In this document: in pieces, positions 10,401-22,914 of the stretch
Layout: every line of letters starts with the position of its first letter
How positions within the stretch are numbered: position 1 is the first letter of the stretch
NCBI GenBank assembly: GCA_002633005.1
Contig: NMRA01000289.1
Location: forward strand, 442,166 to 506,165
Direction of reading: 5' to 3'
Length of the DNA: 64,000 bases
From: Phoronis australis
Taxonomy: Eukaryota > Animalia > Phoronida
Program-made: the position numbers and the translations under genes
The notes under the pieces: model-generated
Told to the model about the DNA's origin: nothing
Seen by the model: only the letters and a program-made list of their open reading frames with translations
Database searches by the model: none

Positions 10401-12047
10401 TTGAGCATGATGTTAAGGTACAACCACTTTGTGTTCGCTATTTTTCAAATTGCTCAGTGGCTGTTGGTGAGCATCACTTAAACACACTGTGTAATGTAGA
10501 AGAGGATGGACAGTTGAAGTTAGAATTGTGAACTGAATAGTAATGTTCAATTGTTTCTTTTGAATCATGTTCTGTTTCCTGCTGTAACTGTAAATGAAGT
10601 CTAGTGTAAGTGATTTATCGCTTTGTAATTAAGGAGCCATCTTTCAAATAGCCCTTAAAAACTTGTGTTTGCTTGACGAATTATAAATGTTTATAAAGGT
10701 GTATTATTTATTTTAAGGTATGTTAGGATTTATGTAGTGTTTGCCTAGATCTCATTTTCTGACTTTCTGCAAAAGATAAAATGTCATTGAGTACCTAGTT
10801 TGATAGTGATGTGTACATATTCAAGTGTGTACTGAAGCATGTGTATTAAAACAACTAGATCACTTGAAGGTGATATGCACCTACCTTCTGCCCATAAACT
10901 TAAGTTATGAATTGTCAGAAAACTGGTCAGAATGTGCTCCATTCTCTATTGCTTGAGACCAATGAGTTTGGTTGATGGACTCGTCATTTTAAGTCAAAAA
11001 CAGTAATGGTTCCATGATCAAACAGTAGATGGGTTTACTAGTTGGTGTATTGTGACTTTAAATAGGAGCAGCTTAGCAATTGTGGCATTTTTCGCATGGA
11101 AGAAGAAAAATGCCTGGGTATAAGCATCTTGTAACTTGGTGGGAAATTACCGAAATTGCTGAGAAGATATAAATTTTAATGTTCTTGATTTTGTGTCCAG
11201 GAAATGGCCAGCGATGACATGAAAGAATTGCGAAAGAAGTTCACGAAGGAAGCCATCGATGACCACCAAATGTCAGTGTCTGGTGGTACTGTCACTGACT
11301 TGCTCAAGTGTGGTCGGTGTGGCCAGCGCAGTGTCACATACAATCAGGTACCGGGGCATTGTTTAAAGATTTCCGTAACATTAGACATATATCATAAGAC
11401 CAAGGCAATATCTACACAAGTTATTGTCCACTGTGCATTTTTCTCATCTCTGGCCACGTTTTAAAATTGCAATGCACTCACCTGTCTTGATTCATGAGTT
11501 TCATTTAAAGTCTGTCTAGTAAAAAGTGGCCTGTCGTCAATTTTTCATGCAGGCTCACTTTAGTTAAAAATTTGTGAACTTAGTGATATTTTCATGAGCT
11601 GAAGATCTTCTTTCATAACTGTATTTATTACAACAATTCAAACAATGTTGGATTATTGCCGACTTCCTACTTAGTTGTGAATTAAGTTAGACCAATGGGA
11701 TGCAACTGGTTCCTAAATCATCACAGGGTTACATTACGACTTCTCCCTTGCCAGACATTCAGACGTGGCTAAAGTATAGATTTCATTTTCATGACCTCTT
11801 CCCTTGTGTTAATTCACTGAGACACATTATATGCACTTCTTGATCATTTCACTTTTACTTTTTCGCATTAAGGTTTTAAAAGACTAACGTCACAACACAA
11901 TTTCCATGTTTGAATTGAATTCATGTGGGAGAAAACACCGTTGTAAACGTTTCATTTCTGTTGCAGGTGCAAACAAGAAGCGCCGATGAGCCTATGACAA
12001 CATTCTGCTTCTGCAACGTGTGTGGAAATCGGTGGAAATTCTGTTAA
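1390..12047 (+). CDS. TCEA1: Transcription elongation factor S-II (TFIIS/TCEA), 8 coding exons, 300 aa
   Basis: join(1390-1455,4740-4808,5710-5818,6647-6862,7415-7474,10211-10365,11201-11347,11967-12047) = 903 nt, all GT-AG and phase-compatible. N-terminal domain ([15 protein letters not shown]...[12 protein letters not shown]), central domain ([24 protein letters not shown]) and zinc ribbon with the catalytic acidic hairpin (KCGRC...[29 protein letters not shown]). The paralog number (TCEA1/2/3) is not meaningful for an invertebrate. Confidence 0.97.
1686..2168. mobile_element. Foldback/MITE-like long inverted repeat in TFIIS intron 1
   Basis: Arms of about 230 bp around an 18-nt loop (1925-1942); 1703-1740 is a perfect 38-bp reverse complement of 2113-2150. 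Confidence 0.8.
3277..3606 (-). mobile_element. RTEX-like LINE 3' fragment, copy 1
   Basis: [39 protein letters not shown], the C-terminal Cys/His motif of the LINE ORF; duplicated at 4175-4548. Confidence 0.7.
3608..4174. mobile_element. MITE with about 35-bp TIRs (GGGCTGTTCCA...), Harbinger-like TAA/TTA flanks
   Basis: GGGCTGTTCCAACAAAATCTGTGTGGGAGGGGG ... CCCCCTCCCATACAGATTTTACTGGAACAGCCC; flanked by TAA and TTA. Confidence 0.8.
4175..4548 (-). mobile_element. RTEX-like LINE 3' fragment, copy 2
   Basis: Direct repeat of 3277-3607, with a roughly 40-bp segment that copy 1 lacks. Confidence 0.7.
4740..4808 (+). CDS. TCEA1: TFIIS exon 2 ([23 protein letters not shown])
   Basis: ttatttcag acceptor, GTATTG donor, 69 nt. 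Confidence 0.92.
5710..5818 (+). CDS. TCEA1: TFIIS exon 3 ([13 protein letters not shown]...SWKKLLP)
   Basis: ttccag acceptor, GTATGA donor, conserved TFIIS N-domain motif. Confidence 0.95.
6647..6862 (+). CDS. TCEA1: TFIIS exon 4 (linker to [16 protein letters not shown])
   Basis: atttag acceptor, GTATGA donor, phase 1-1. Confidence 0.9.
7415..7474 (+). CDS. TCEA1: TFIIS exon 5 ([20 protein letters not shown])
   Basis: tttacag acceptor; ends at U12-type donor GTATCCTA. Confidence 0.9.
7475..10210 (+). other. U12-type (minor spliceosome) GT-AG intron of TFIIS
   Basis: 5' end GTATCCTA (consensus RTATCCTT); branch TTCCCTAAC at 10193-10201, about 10 nt before the AG; no polypyrimidine tract; the reading frame requires exactly these boundaries. 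Confidence 0.88.
7572..10081 (+). mobile_element. Helentron-associated non-autonomous element(s) (HINE/DINE-1-like) with internal ~150-bp tandem repeats
   Basis: T-run, then ATGCACCCAC...GTGGGTGTAT inverted repeat, then a GTCC/ATCC microsatellite (7572; second 5' end at 8358). 3' subterminal TGGGCGCAT, hairpin CAATGC-TCC-GCGTTG and CTTGT terminus at 10049-10081. Confidence 0.75.
10211..10365 (+). CDS. TCEA1: TFIIS exon 6 ([26 protein letters not shown]...KMTAE)
   Basis: Preceded by U12-type branch site TTCCCTAAC and AG; GTAAAG donor. Confidence 0.95.
11201..11347 (+). CDS. TCEA1: TFIIS exon 7 ([24 protein letters not shown]...KCGRC...YNQ)
   Basis: gtccag acceptor, GTACCG donor, 147 nt. Confidence 0.96.
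11967..12047 (+). CDS. TCEA1: TFIIS exon 8 ([26 protein letters not shown])
   Basis: ttgcag acceptor; invariant RSADEP motif; TAA stop. Confidence 0.97.
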   Translation: MQTRSADEPMTTFCFCNVCGNRWKFC

Positions 12048-13621
12048 GCAGACGGGAGGACTTCTGTAGATGCTCTGTCATGTTTACCTCACACTCTTGT
12101 CGAGCAGTTGTGCATGGTCTCTTGTGCAGACTTTGTTGATTAGATGCAAGACTCTTGGACAAGCTCTGGGTCGATGCAATAGGCGTGAGGCTCCATCCTT
12201 TCCTTTTAGTGGAAGTAGAAAAATACATTGCAATAGTGACCTACTTTTCAAAATGTCAGACACTTGTCATTTGATTAACAGGAGAAACACATTCAGCACT
12301 GATATTTGCACTTTTTGGCAATTTCTTGGTGTCGGTATTGCAACTCAGAATGCAATAATTCAAGTTTGCCTGCATTGCAATGATGAATTGTAGAATAATT
12401 AGAAGACGAGATAGGGACTAGTACATTTGCGTGTGAAGAAGCAAGACAAATGCTTGACACATGTGTAGCATTGTAAGCAAATATCTTAGAGTGAGAGTTG
12501 TTCATTGATATTTCAGGACAGGCCTGTTGTTAGGTGTGTACTTTGTCAGCTGACTGACCTATCGCGTTCATTTGTTTTGCTTTTAGTTTAGACCAAACAA
12601 AACAGGAGCCTTAAATGACTGTCATGAGTGACCAATATGCATGGAATCTGGCTCCAACCTCACTTGACATTGGTGACCTTGGGTTGCAGAAAGAACAGTG
12701 TGGAAGTGTTAACATGTTGCTTATGGCCTTGACACCAAACTGGTACTCACAATGTTCGAGCACACCGTTATGTTTTGATGAAATGACCTGTGCTCTGGGG
12801 TCAGTTCATTATACCGATGACAGCCCATTTGTGGCAAGAAATCTTCACAAACTGAATTGTGTCCCATTATTCACGAATTCTCTCACATAATTCAACATTC
12901 CGACCAATCACTTAGAGTGGCTGCCATTTTGCTTGGTTACACTGTTACAACCTTGACCATATTCGCAAATTTTCTTAGTTTTCTCGTGATTTTGGCAACA
13001 TTCTTGGCCCTATGGAGTACACCTCAGGGACCAGGAAGCCAGCATCTTAGGATAAAACATGCCTCAAATGCAAGCTGTACACAGAGTTATTACTCAGATT
13101 CTACAATGCATAGTCAGTTCCTACTCCATTTTGTCCTTGTTTCTGAGATCATACTGAGAGGTATCATTGTGTGTCAGGGCCTCAGTAGGGGTTGTGTTGA
13201 ATGAGGGCAAGGTGACATTTTGCATTTCACTTTTCGATTTATGCATGTAATCGAAAGTGACAGAGATGTGAGGATTGTGATAGGCCCCAAGAACTGCTGG
13301 TCTGCTGAGCAATGTGGATTTCCAGGCAGAACTGTCTAATAATTATCAACTTAAGTTAATTTGGTCCAATACACTAAGAACCAGAGTTATTTCTTTTATC
13401 CCAAAGCCAAATAAGCCCATTATAAAATGGAAAGTGGTCTCACTGTTTTGTAAACTGACATCTGGGCTCCATTCCATAGTCGTAAGAAACTCTTGAGAAA
13501 AGCTAGTGTGATCCAGTGCGATATCTCACGAAGACGTGCGTGTGTTCTGGCTTTTCTCGCTGGAAATTTGGTGTGTGGAATGCTGCCCTGGTGGCATTGC
13601 TCAGAGCATGCAACACTCTCT

Positions 13622-13697
13622 GCACAAATTAAGTTGCCTGGCACAAATTAAGTTGCCTGGCACAAATTAAGTTGCCTGGCACAAATTAAGTTGCCTG
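13622..13697. repeat. Minisatellite, 4 x 19 bp (GCACAAATTAAGTTGCCTG)
   Basis: Four perfect tandem copies. Confidence 0.95.
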
Positions 13698-14638
13698 ACC
13701 AGACCGGATTTATTAATGGAAGGTTAACCAGTATGTGAAATTGTGTAACCTACAAAAAAGTGGACAAGGGATCTGGGAGGATTGTTTATTGAAATAGTTT
13801 TCCTGTAGAATGGTCATTTCGTGATCTGTAAGGTGTAAATTGCAAATTAAGAGTTTGTTTTGTTTCCTATCAAGCACGGGACCCTAAAATAAGCTGCGAC
13901 TCAAAATATATTTTTTTTATTTGCAGTCTCACAAGAGAACTATGTTAAATAATTAAAAAAAGTAGTTTTACCACGAAATTGAGTACATCCTAGCAATGAA
14001 AAGTGGCAAAAATATCTACTACCCAACTCACAGGAGTGACGGTTGGGCGAGGGGAAGCAAAAAACATTTAAGAGCTGCCTGGTCTTGACTTTGTGAATGT
14101 ACACTTCTAAATATGAACATGTCATTCAAGGGGCGAAACTAGGTGATTGTAACCACAGAAAGTTCTCTGGTCGTCTTGATTGTTTTTAACGTTTTTTTTT
14201 CTGTACATAACTCATTTTGTTATAAAATGACAAGGATGAGGACGCTATTTTGGTGTCTATGTAAAATAATGGGTGATAATGTTCTTTTAAGAAACTGGGG
14301 CAGTAGGTCACAGTCTCGTCACAAAAAGCCAGTAGGAAGGTTTAGTTTCATTCGGCTATCCCACAAGTAAAAAGTGCTGTCTGTGCATTCTGTAGAAACA
14401 TAATAAGTACATTTGTACTGTAATGGGGATACCTTGTTCCTGCTTGGAGTTTTTCAGTTGTGTTGTCTGCCAGTGAAGGTTGAATTTTAGGTTGCTTTTT
14501 GAAAATTTAGCACAAAGGCGCAATTGTACAGATAACGTTTTGAAACATATCTTGTAGCTTTGTACATAATGCTGATTAGATGAAAATAAAAAAATGGAAT
14601 CTTTGTTGAAAGCAGGTTTCCTTGTAAATGTATTAATT

Positions 14639-14842
14639 CATGCGCGCACCCAGTCTTTAATATGGGGGGCTCGAATTCCTGACGATTTGGACCTTTTGGT
14701 AACAAAGAACGGGCGGACTAAAAAAACAAACGGGGGAATTGCGCGTTTGTGATTGTTTAGTGGACTTTTGTCTCACTTTTTGTTTCTCAGAGGCGGACCT
14801 TTTTGTCCACTTCGCCAAATGCACCCCCTGGGTGCGCGCATG
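14639..14842. mobile_element. 204-bp MITE with perfect 15-bp TIRs (CATGCGCGCACCCAG)
   Basis: 14639-14653 is the reverse complement of 14828-14842; TAATT on both flanks. Confidence 0.75.
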
Positions 14843-16539
14843 TAATTTGTGGTGAGCGGTGTGTTTATGCACCCACTTGTTACTAAACACTGGCTAGCTA
14901 GGTACCAAGCGGCTAATAACCTGCATTCTGCCCAAAAAGCCAGCTTTTGATTGAGACCGACTTGCCGCAATAATCAGTAATTTCTTTGTTAAACAAGAAC
15001 GGGTAGTTCGTTATTCCTTTGCGCATAAAATTACCGGATGTTGTGATGCACCTTGTGTCTCAACATACATGTAGTCTCGCGAAATAATCAATTGAATCAC
15101 CTACCGTTTGACTAAGGAACAATTTGAAACCGATTTCATAACGGTGAGGGGTTTTCAAAAGGACATAAAGATGCTATGAAACCACCTTCCGTTTTGATTG
15201 CGACCATTTGTTTTCACGTTTCTTAGTCTTGTCAGGACTTGGAATTTTCCTCTTTTAAAAAGATTTCCTCTAAGTTTCAATTTTCTTTAATTTGATTTCC
15301 ATTTCCTCTTTCTTTCGTCTCCTTTTTTCTTTATTTTGGCTCTGATCATGTAAAAAAGGTTTATTCTAGTTAAATTGTACAACAAATTATTTATATCAGA
15401 CAAGCATATTTATTTGTAGAACGATAGTCACCTAGAAAATTTTCCTGTCTGGTCATTCCAAGCCCTGTCTGGTATCGCATTCATTCAAAGTCGCGCTTAC
15501 GTATGATGTGCTGGGAGAATTGTCTGTGGGCCTACAATCCAAAACCACGACAAACCTACATGTGTATTCGTCCTTACCGTACTTAAGACTGTATGCGCCT
15601 TTAAGAAAAGTATCGGCTTTATCCGGAATTAGGAACATGCGTCTACATTTGAAACACACAGTAAAACATAAGAGATATTTAATTTTCTAAAATATTGTTT
15701 GAATGATTTTTGCCGTTTCAAAAGGGTAGGTGTTGACATATATTCAAAGATACGTTATCGTTTCTGCAGCCGGTTTTTTGACAATTGTCGGATAGTGAGC
15801 ACATGGGATGAAGTTATCAGCGTTTAACAGCGCTATGGAACAATAAAATCCGTTGCGTTACTGTATTAAAATTCGCCGATGTCTGACCCATTTTCTGGAA
15901 TCAAGGCCGGTGACTTTACCAGCAGAAAAAAGTGAATCACTTTTCTTACCGTTAATGTCATTTTAAATGAAAAATATTAGTATGCACAAATGCAAGGGAA
16001 AGCCGCGCCTATATTCGAATCACTTGTAAAAATGCTTGATGAAACGTGATATCTAGAACACGGACGCATGGGCCTAAATACAGCTAAATGTGCTCAAGAG
16101 AGGTTTGGAGGAACTGAAGGGGCAATACGTAAACGACGTTGTTTATAATACTCATTAATATTCTTTAACTTTGCTTCGTTCTGCATCAGCGGATTTCGCC
16201 TTCTTGAAAGAATAACAACTTACGCTTCACGTTGTTAGTGGAAATTCGTGTACTGTGTATTTATTTTGGAAAAAATACCAGATTGGAATGGCGAAAAGAA
16301 GCTGGTGTTAGTTTTCAAACAAAGTGACCATTTTCCAACGCTGATGGGGAAAGAGCCCCTTGTCTGACGGGTTCGCCAATCCGCTTCTAAATTATAAGTC
16401 GATGCATTAAAAAGTATCAGCTTCCATTTGATGTATCCAATACACGTTTACAGATATAAAATTTTTTCATGTCACCCTATCGTTTTTGGACTGGTTGAAA
16501 ACACCGTTTTGAGTCGTTCAAAACTAGTAACAAATCGAT

Positions 16540-17800
16540 TTTATTTCTGTAATAAACGCCACAGGCCTATAGTACAAAAAACAATTAGATATTTAAGCGC
16601 GTAACAAGTTCTCACGAAGTTGAAAAGCTAAGGAAACATATTATTTTACAAAGGTTGACATGTTGTTTATTATCCTTTGTTAACAGCAATTTAAAGAATT
16701 TGAATACGGAAGGGTGCATAAAGTAATTCATTTCAGTGTATCTTTCTCTCAGTTTAGTGTATGCATTACAATCAAAATTAAAATGATATTCGCCCTCAAT
16801 AATCTTTGGACAGATGGGACACACTCTGTCTGCTTGGTCAATATAGACTGCTAGTCAGTCTGTTTTCTACAATTAACAAGTTGTGATTTAATTGTACTGC
16901 GAAAACTTACCATGGCCATAATCCATGCACGAGGTATACATGTATTTAGACTGAGGCAATTTCTACATTGAACTCAACGTTGAATTGTTTATGACTATAT
17001 ATTTAGAATCAAACGCTATACTTTGCCGCCAACATTGCAAATAACAATGCCTCTTTGCGTGAAAATTTGTAGGATTGAATTTCAACATAATTAAGTCAAA
17101 CTTCGTAGAAAGCATAATTCGATAACATGAGTCCAACTGAAGAAGTCTCATCATTTTTGTCCAAGTCTTAAATTATCTAACTGTGATTTACGATGAGGAG
17201 GCATTTTGAGAAGTTCAAACCAATATTTGACAATGGTGACATAACATTTAGTGAATAACGACAATCTTTCACTTCCGCTTAACACCACATCGTCTAGGCA
17301 GGAATTAGCTACGCACACCACACGCTTGCAAAACATATATGCATTTTTTAGTCAATGGTATTCTTGGAAGCAACATATTTCGGCTCCGTAACAAAGAGTA
17401 GAATAAGTCAGTCCATTAAGAAAAAGTCTACAGGCGGTTGAAACATTTACTGTGTAATATTCTTTGCAGTTTATGCACGGCAATGACAACCTTCATAGCT
17501 TGTGCAGACAAGATCTGAATAGCCGCGGTCCTCAATAATGTTGAAGTGAACACAACTTACAACTGGAAACCACTTCAAGTTTTTCACTTCCAGAGCGACA
17601 CTTCTCATAATTTCTCAAGGTATCTCCGCTTCTGAACACCATAACTTTGTTCCTAACTAAATACACAGACATGTCCCGACACTGACAAAATTTATCTCAA
17701 GCGAACAAAAGTCTTTGCAGTTTAAATGGTGAGTCAGCACACAGGCCCATGTCATCGGCATATAACAATACTTTCACATCAGTGACATTACTAGAATGGA
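16540..17800 (-). mobile_element. Degraded RTEX-like LINE (RT to 3' end)
   Basis: VKVLLYADDM near 17760; VKYWFELLKMP; CPICPKIIEGEYHFNFDCNAYTKLR; 3' UTR resembles that of the 45442-46961 element; many stops and frameshifts. Confidence 0.8.
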
Positions 17801-18100
17801 CATTATTCGAATTCGTTTAAACACAAGTAAACAAAAGAGAGCTTTATATACATCCGTGTATAGTATCATTGCTACAAATTGTCAGGCATACAATTCTGCG
17901 CTCTCACACATGTCCCAGGTTTTCCCCGTCCCTTTCCAAGACCATTGAAAACATGATCGACCAACGGTAGGACTACTGCTGGTTTCGAAACAATTTATCA
18001 TAGTTAACATTGATTGACACGAGCTTTTTGGCGCATGCAACAATAAATACAAATGCAATCATTCATCCACGATTGTTAATCTGAATATTACTGGTAATTC

Positions 18101-18186
18101 TTACAATCGTGTCTCTGCCGTAAGTTCTGTATGTCCACCATGCGCAATCGTTAGAGACTGACTTTCAGGCACATATAACCCACACG
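18101..18186 (-). CDS. TLR-A coding exon 7 (post-TIR tail, ends ETRL*)
   Basis: gttttag acceptor; ACGLYVPESQSLTIAHGGHTELTAETRL*; same length (86 nt) and same CGLYVPE start as the paralog exon. Confidence 0.8.
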
Positions 18187-21100
18187 CTAAAACGAAAACA
18201 AGAAAAGAACGCGATTACAATACTTCCATACGATTATGTAGCGATACTGAGGTGTAAAAATTTACGTTTTCGCTTGTGAGAAGTCGAGTTCTCGAACGAA
18301 AAGGGAGACGTGTAGATACTGAGTCAGTAAATACGTTGTCTTCAAACATCCTCCGTTTTAAACAGTAAGTTGCATTTTTGGTTACGGGTATCGAATTTAG
18401 AGATTACGTGTGGACGGAAGTCGTTTCAAATAAAAACGCGGAGACAGAACCTGGTTTAAACACGGAATTTTTTGATTTGCTGTAAATGCATGCGTGGAAT
18501 AGAATTGCCTTACCTCCAGTGTTTATCTGAATACCATTTTTACTAGTGATTGCCACGGCAACATGTCTCCAGAAAGTAAACATTTTTTCGACATCGTTGT
18601 CTTCTGGCCACACTAAGTATGTGTCGTCTGCCATTAGGTATCGCAGCTTCCGGTTCAACCTGAAAGTAGTGAAAGAATAGAAATTTGTTTAATCCTTGGC
18701 AACCCTCAATTTTTTACGTGTTCAATACAGGCGCACGGTTCTCTGTCAATACAAAGCGCTTAAATAAAGGCATAAAGCTCTAGCCCTGAAATGCAAACTC
18801 CTGCACATAACCAATTTACAATGTATTCTATTATTAGAGCATGCAACGCCAAGATTAACCGTGATATTGCATTGTGAATTTTTGCTTGTCTGCTCGACTG
18901 AGTTTAGATCAAGTGCTTTAGTTGTCAAATCAATCATAATTTCGTTGCTTTATTTTCATTTTGTCATTTTTGTTCATCAAGTGAGACTCTGAAATAGTTT
19001 CCAGACAACCAGGGCTTTCCCGCCAAAATTATTGAACAAACCCGACAAGTACATCGGTGATTCTTTTTACGCACCGGCTGAATGGTCCGAATAGTTTGAC
19101 TTCTGATATCTTTTCAGCTCCAGTCTTAAAGCCACTTTCGGCAACCTATCAAAGTACATGCTAGGAGTTTTTCAACAAGATATTGGGTGTCAAAATCATA
19201 AGTGACATTTGGTTTCTAAGTGGTTCTGTAATTATAAACGAAAAGTTTAGGCCCTACTAATACTAAAGGTGTGTTAACGGAACTTTCGAAAAAGTGCTCG
19301 TATTTGCGTAGAAATGAGCTCGTGTGTGCATAAGTTCTTAATGTTTTCAATTGTTTCTGTAATGATTCATTTGTGCAATATTTACCTATTGCCCAGATAC
19401 TTTTTATTAGTCGATTTCTGAGCAGTAAACGTTATCTGAAGGGTTTAAAAAACACGTGAAATATTCTTTTTTAATGAAACGTTTACTTTGTAAAAAGTCC
19501 AATCAAACACTTTGTGTGCCTGACAGCGTACATTGTACTTGCCAACTGTCCCACTCTAGGAGGACTATCCCACTTTTTTAATTTTTTCCCACCATCCCAC
19601 CACACCATCAAAACCTCCCCGCTTTTGGAACACGGCGAAATTAACATATTGTCATTTCCCTCGTGACATAACCCTTATGTTCCCATTTGATTAAAAGAGA
19701 AAAACAGGACGTTTTTGGTTTTTAGGCACCCGCAATTTCCCATTCGCCGTCGTGCGCATTTTCGTGCAACATCTCCAGTTCGACAAAAAAGCATATTACC
19801 ATGTATGTTATTGTAATTTCCCACATAGTCCTATTTTACCGTTGAATTGAAAAGTGGTAAACGGAACGTCCCGTTTCATGGATTTTGAGGCATCTGCGAT
19901 TTTTCATTCGAATTTAAATAAACAAAAAAAAACGCTGTCGGAACATTTCACCTTCGCGTTTTGGCATAGACCCAGAAGTCCCGCATTTTATTCGGAAGTC
20001 TTGCATTTTGATTCAGATGTCTCGGTTTTTTCATTCTCGAATGTTGACAACTATGCAACAGTTGTTCAGAATAACATTGTCTTTTCATGAATATTGTTGT
20101 TTTCAAGAGTCCACTTAATGCAGTAAGATAGCAACCGTAAAAACGTGTTCAAATGTCTCTTGTTTACCGTAACACACATTGCCGTGACACGTATCGGGAT
20201 CACAAATTTTTACTTTCTAAGTTTATTTACATACTACTATGGGAATTCCTAAACTGCAACCTATATAATGATCTATCCACGGTACATGTTAATTTCAAAG
20301 CTGCACAATATGCGTTTGCTCGGCTTTTAAGAGTCAAATCAGGATAGGTAGTTGGAGTAATTACTTACTCACATTTTGTGTAAATGTCACTGCATCCTGA
20401 ATTTTTGTTTACAAAGTGTTTCAAACAGCACCAACGTTCCAATTAATATATTACGGTGCATAATTTTGAATGAATGCATGACAATGTTTCACAGCAACTG
20501 TGAATGATCCATATTCTATATTCTTTGTCTTGAAGAGGTAGAAATGTTTTGAATCAATGAAGTTATTTCCCTGTTGATATAATTAGTCACTTACATAACC
20601 CTGCTGGTTCATTTCTTGTTTTTTTCGCATTTTGGTAACACTCTTGGTTTTCAGAATTAAAAATATTTTTAAACCTGTCAGGTATGAGAAATGTTAATTT
20701 ATCTATGAATTATTTATCTTTTGCTACTGGAAAAATCATACATCATCGAGAACTGATCAAGGGCTTCTAATGAGACGACTCTTATGCAATTCGGTTGTAA
20801 AACGGCGGATTTTCAGAAAGTTTTAGTGACAATAAATTCCGTAGCAAGAACCAACACCAGAACAAACGAATGCAAACAAATGCCACGCATACACGGCGCA
20901 ACCTCAGCAACGCGAGATCGAAGCTGCCATTCCAAACTAGAGTTCTACGATAAAGGCTACGTTTAACAAGCATGTGTATTACAAGCGTAGTGTTCTCTTA
21001 TGTCTTACGGGCATGCCCGTGTCAAATGCTCATTGTGTGGATTGAATTGGGAGAGCAAAAGTGATAACTGGTTCGTGTAAGGTTAAAAGAACAACTGATT

Positions 21101-22867
21101 TTATTTGCACGAAAACTACAATATATTAATACAGTCATGCAGCCACGTGTAGTAATCACGTGGTACGAGTAGGAGGAGTTAAACTAACCAATAGTGTTAA
21201 ACGTGTAGGTGGGCCCAAATAAGGCACAATTCTCAGAACAGATAAAATCATCAAGAAGTCATTCTTGACACTCATCTTTATCATCGTCGTCATCACTTCG
21301 GCCTAACTCCTGTCGCACATGAACTCGCGTTTATTGTACATGTGTCTTTTTCCAACTGAAAGCGGCTATAAGCCCAGGTTATCCGTCCACGTAGCAAATT
21401 TTTTATTTAGACCATTTTAAGTGGTTTAAAAATTGATCTTACTCAGATGAGAAGTGAACATTTCGGAGTTTGCAACGGACTGGTAGTTCTTTGAGACAAT
21501 GCTGGCCGCATAAAATGACACGACGTAACAAGGTTTAACGTGTAGAGCATTGTCTTAAACACCAACGCATTGTCAGTTCTTTCGAAACCCTAAAATCCTC
21601 AAGGAACAAACTGAGACTAGGTAAATGGTTAAATCAAAAGTTCCTTTTTGTTATTTAGCAGAATGCTCATACAAATCGAAACGGGATCGCAAGTTCATTC
21701 TGCACACTCACATCTGTAAACAAATGCACGTCCATGACTCTGAATTTGGTCAATCCCAGAATTCGCTTCACAAAATAGAAATGACTGAATGACATATTCA
21801 CTATCATTCAGCAGTTCATTACATTTTACGGCACTTCGCATACTCTCATGCATATGCCGAGCCATATTGACCGCAAAAATGTGGAAAAACGAAAGTTTTG
21901 GCGAGACTTCGGACGCGTTCGATACGCAACATAGGCCCATAGTTCGTATGGGACTCTCGGTAGTTACGAAAATTTAACGTCATTACACGACCACTGAAAA
22001 GAAGCATCAGTGATCGCATAAAAGCAAACATAAATCAACCCACCAGCCATAACAGGCCATGTTTGTGGTCCTCGTGGAACACTGCTTTCTTCGGTCCATA
22101 TATGATCCGATATTACCCTCGGGATCGCTCCATAATTGTACAGGTATATCATTAAAGGAGAATGCCACCAAAACAACGTATTTTGTATCAATTTAGATCG
22201 AGTAGTTACACTCGATAAGAGCAAGTTCAGTTCTTTTACCAGAAGGCAGACGGAGGTACTGAAACTAACCAATGACGTCATACGTTCTGTCACAACGCGC
22301 GCAGCTATTCACAACACGCTTGACTTCAGCGCTTTACACCAACAAAGCATCAAATTTCGATGCAAATCCCTTACAAACGAACGAGTTGTTTTATTTTGAT
22401 GTACACGGATTTATAGAAACCTTGAACGTACCGTAGCCTACCAAATTCGGTAGGCCAAATTGCCGAGGACGGTCGCGGGAACTTTAGATCTGTTCGGTGA
22501 TAAATTAAAATCACTCTTCTGTAAAATACAGACAGGATAGCATATAGCCGTATGTTGTAATTTTAGTCCTCCGAATTGTTTCGGTTCTAAACGCACAAGA
22601 GGCTCGTTGTAACCCAATGGCTCGGAAATCTGTTAGGCCCGTTCCCAGCGGTCGGACTGGAGGCATCACGATCATAAACCCACCGGGTTAGTCGGTTGCC
22701 ACAGTTGAAAATTAAACTTCCAGTCAACAAGTGCCCTTCAATATTTTATTAAAAATGTTTCAAAATTGCAAAACTACTTACCCGTCGGTGGCCGCGAAGT
22801 CAGGTTCCCCTTACACAGAACCGTACAGGGCCAAAGGAATACAATAACAATGATTCAAATGATGTAT

Positions 22868-22914
<47 letters not shown>

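Noticed and set aside
13622-13697. Short direct repeats (also 33018-33148) as a CRISPR-like array
   Set aside because: Head-to-tail copies without spacers in eukaryotic DNA; ordinary minisatellites
15453-15659. Minus-strand ORF as a candidate last exon of TLR-A
   Set aside because: The 18101-18186 exon has a homologous counterpart in TLR-B; this region has none
21020-21270. TGTCAA...TTGACA segment resembling a short solo LTR
   Set aside because: No matching target-site duplication
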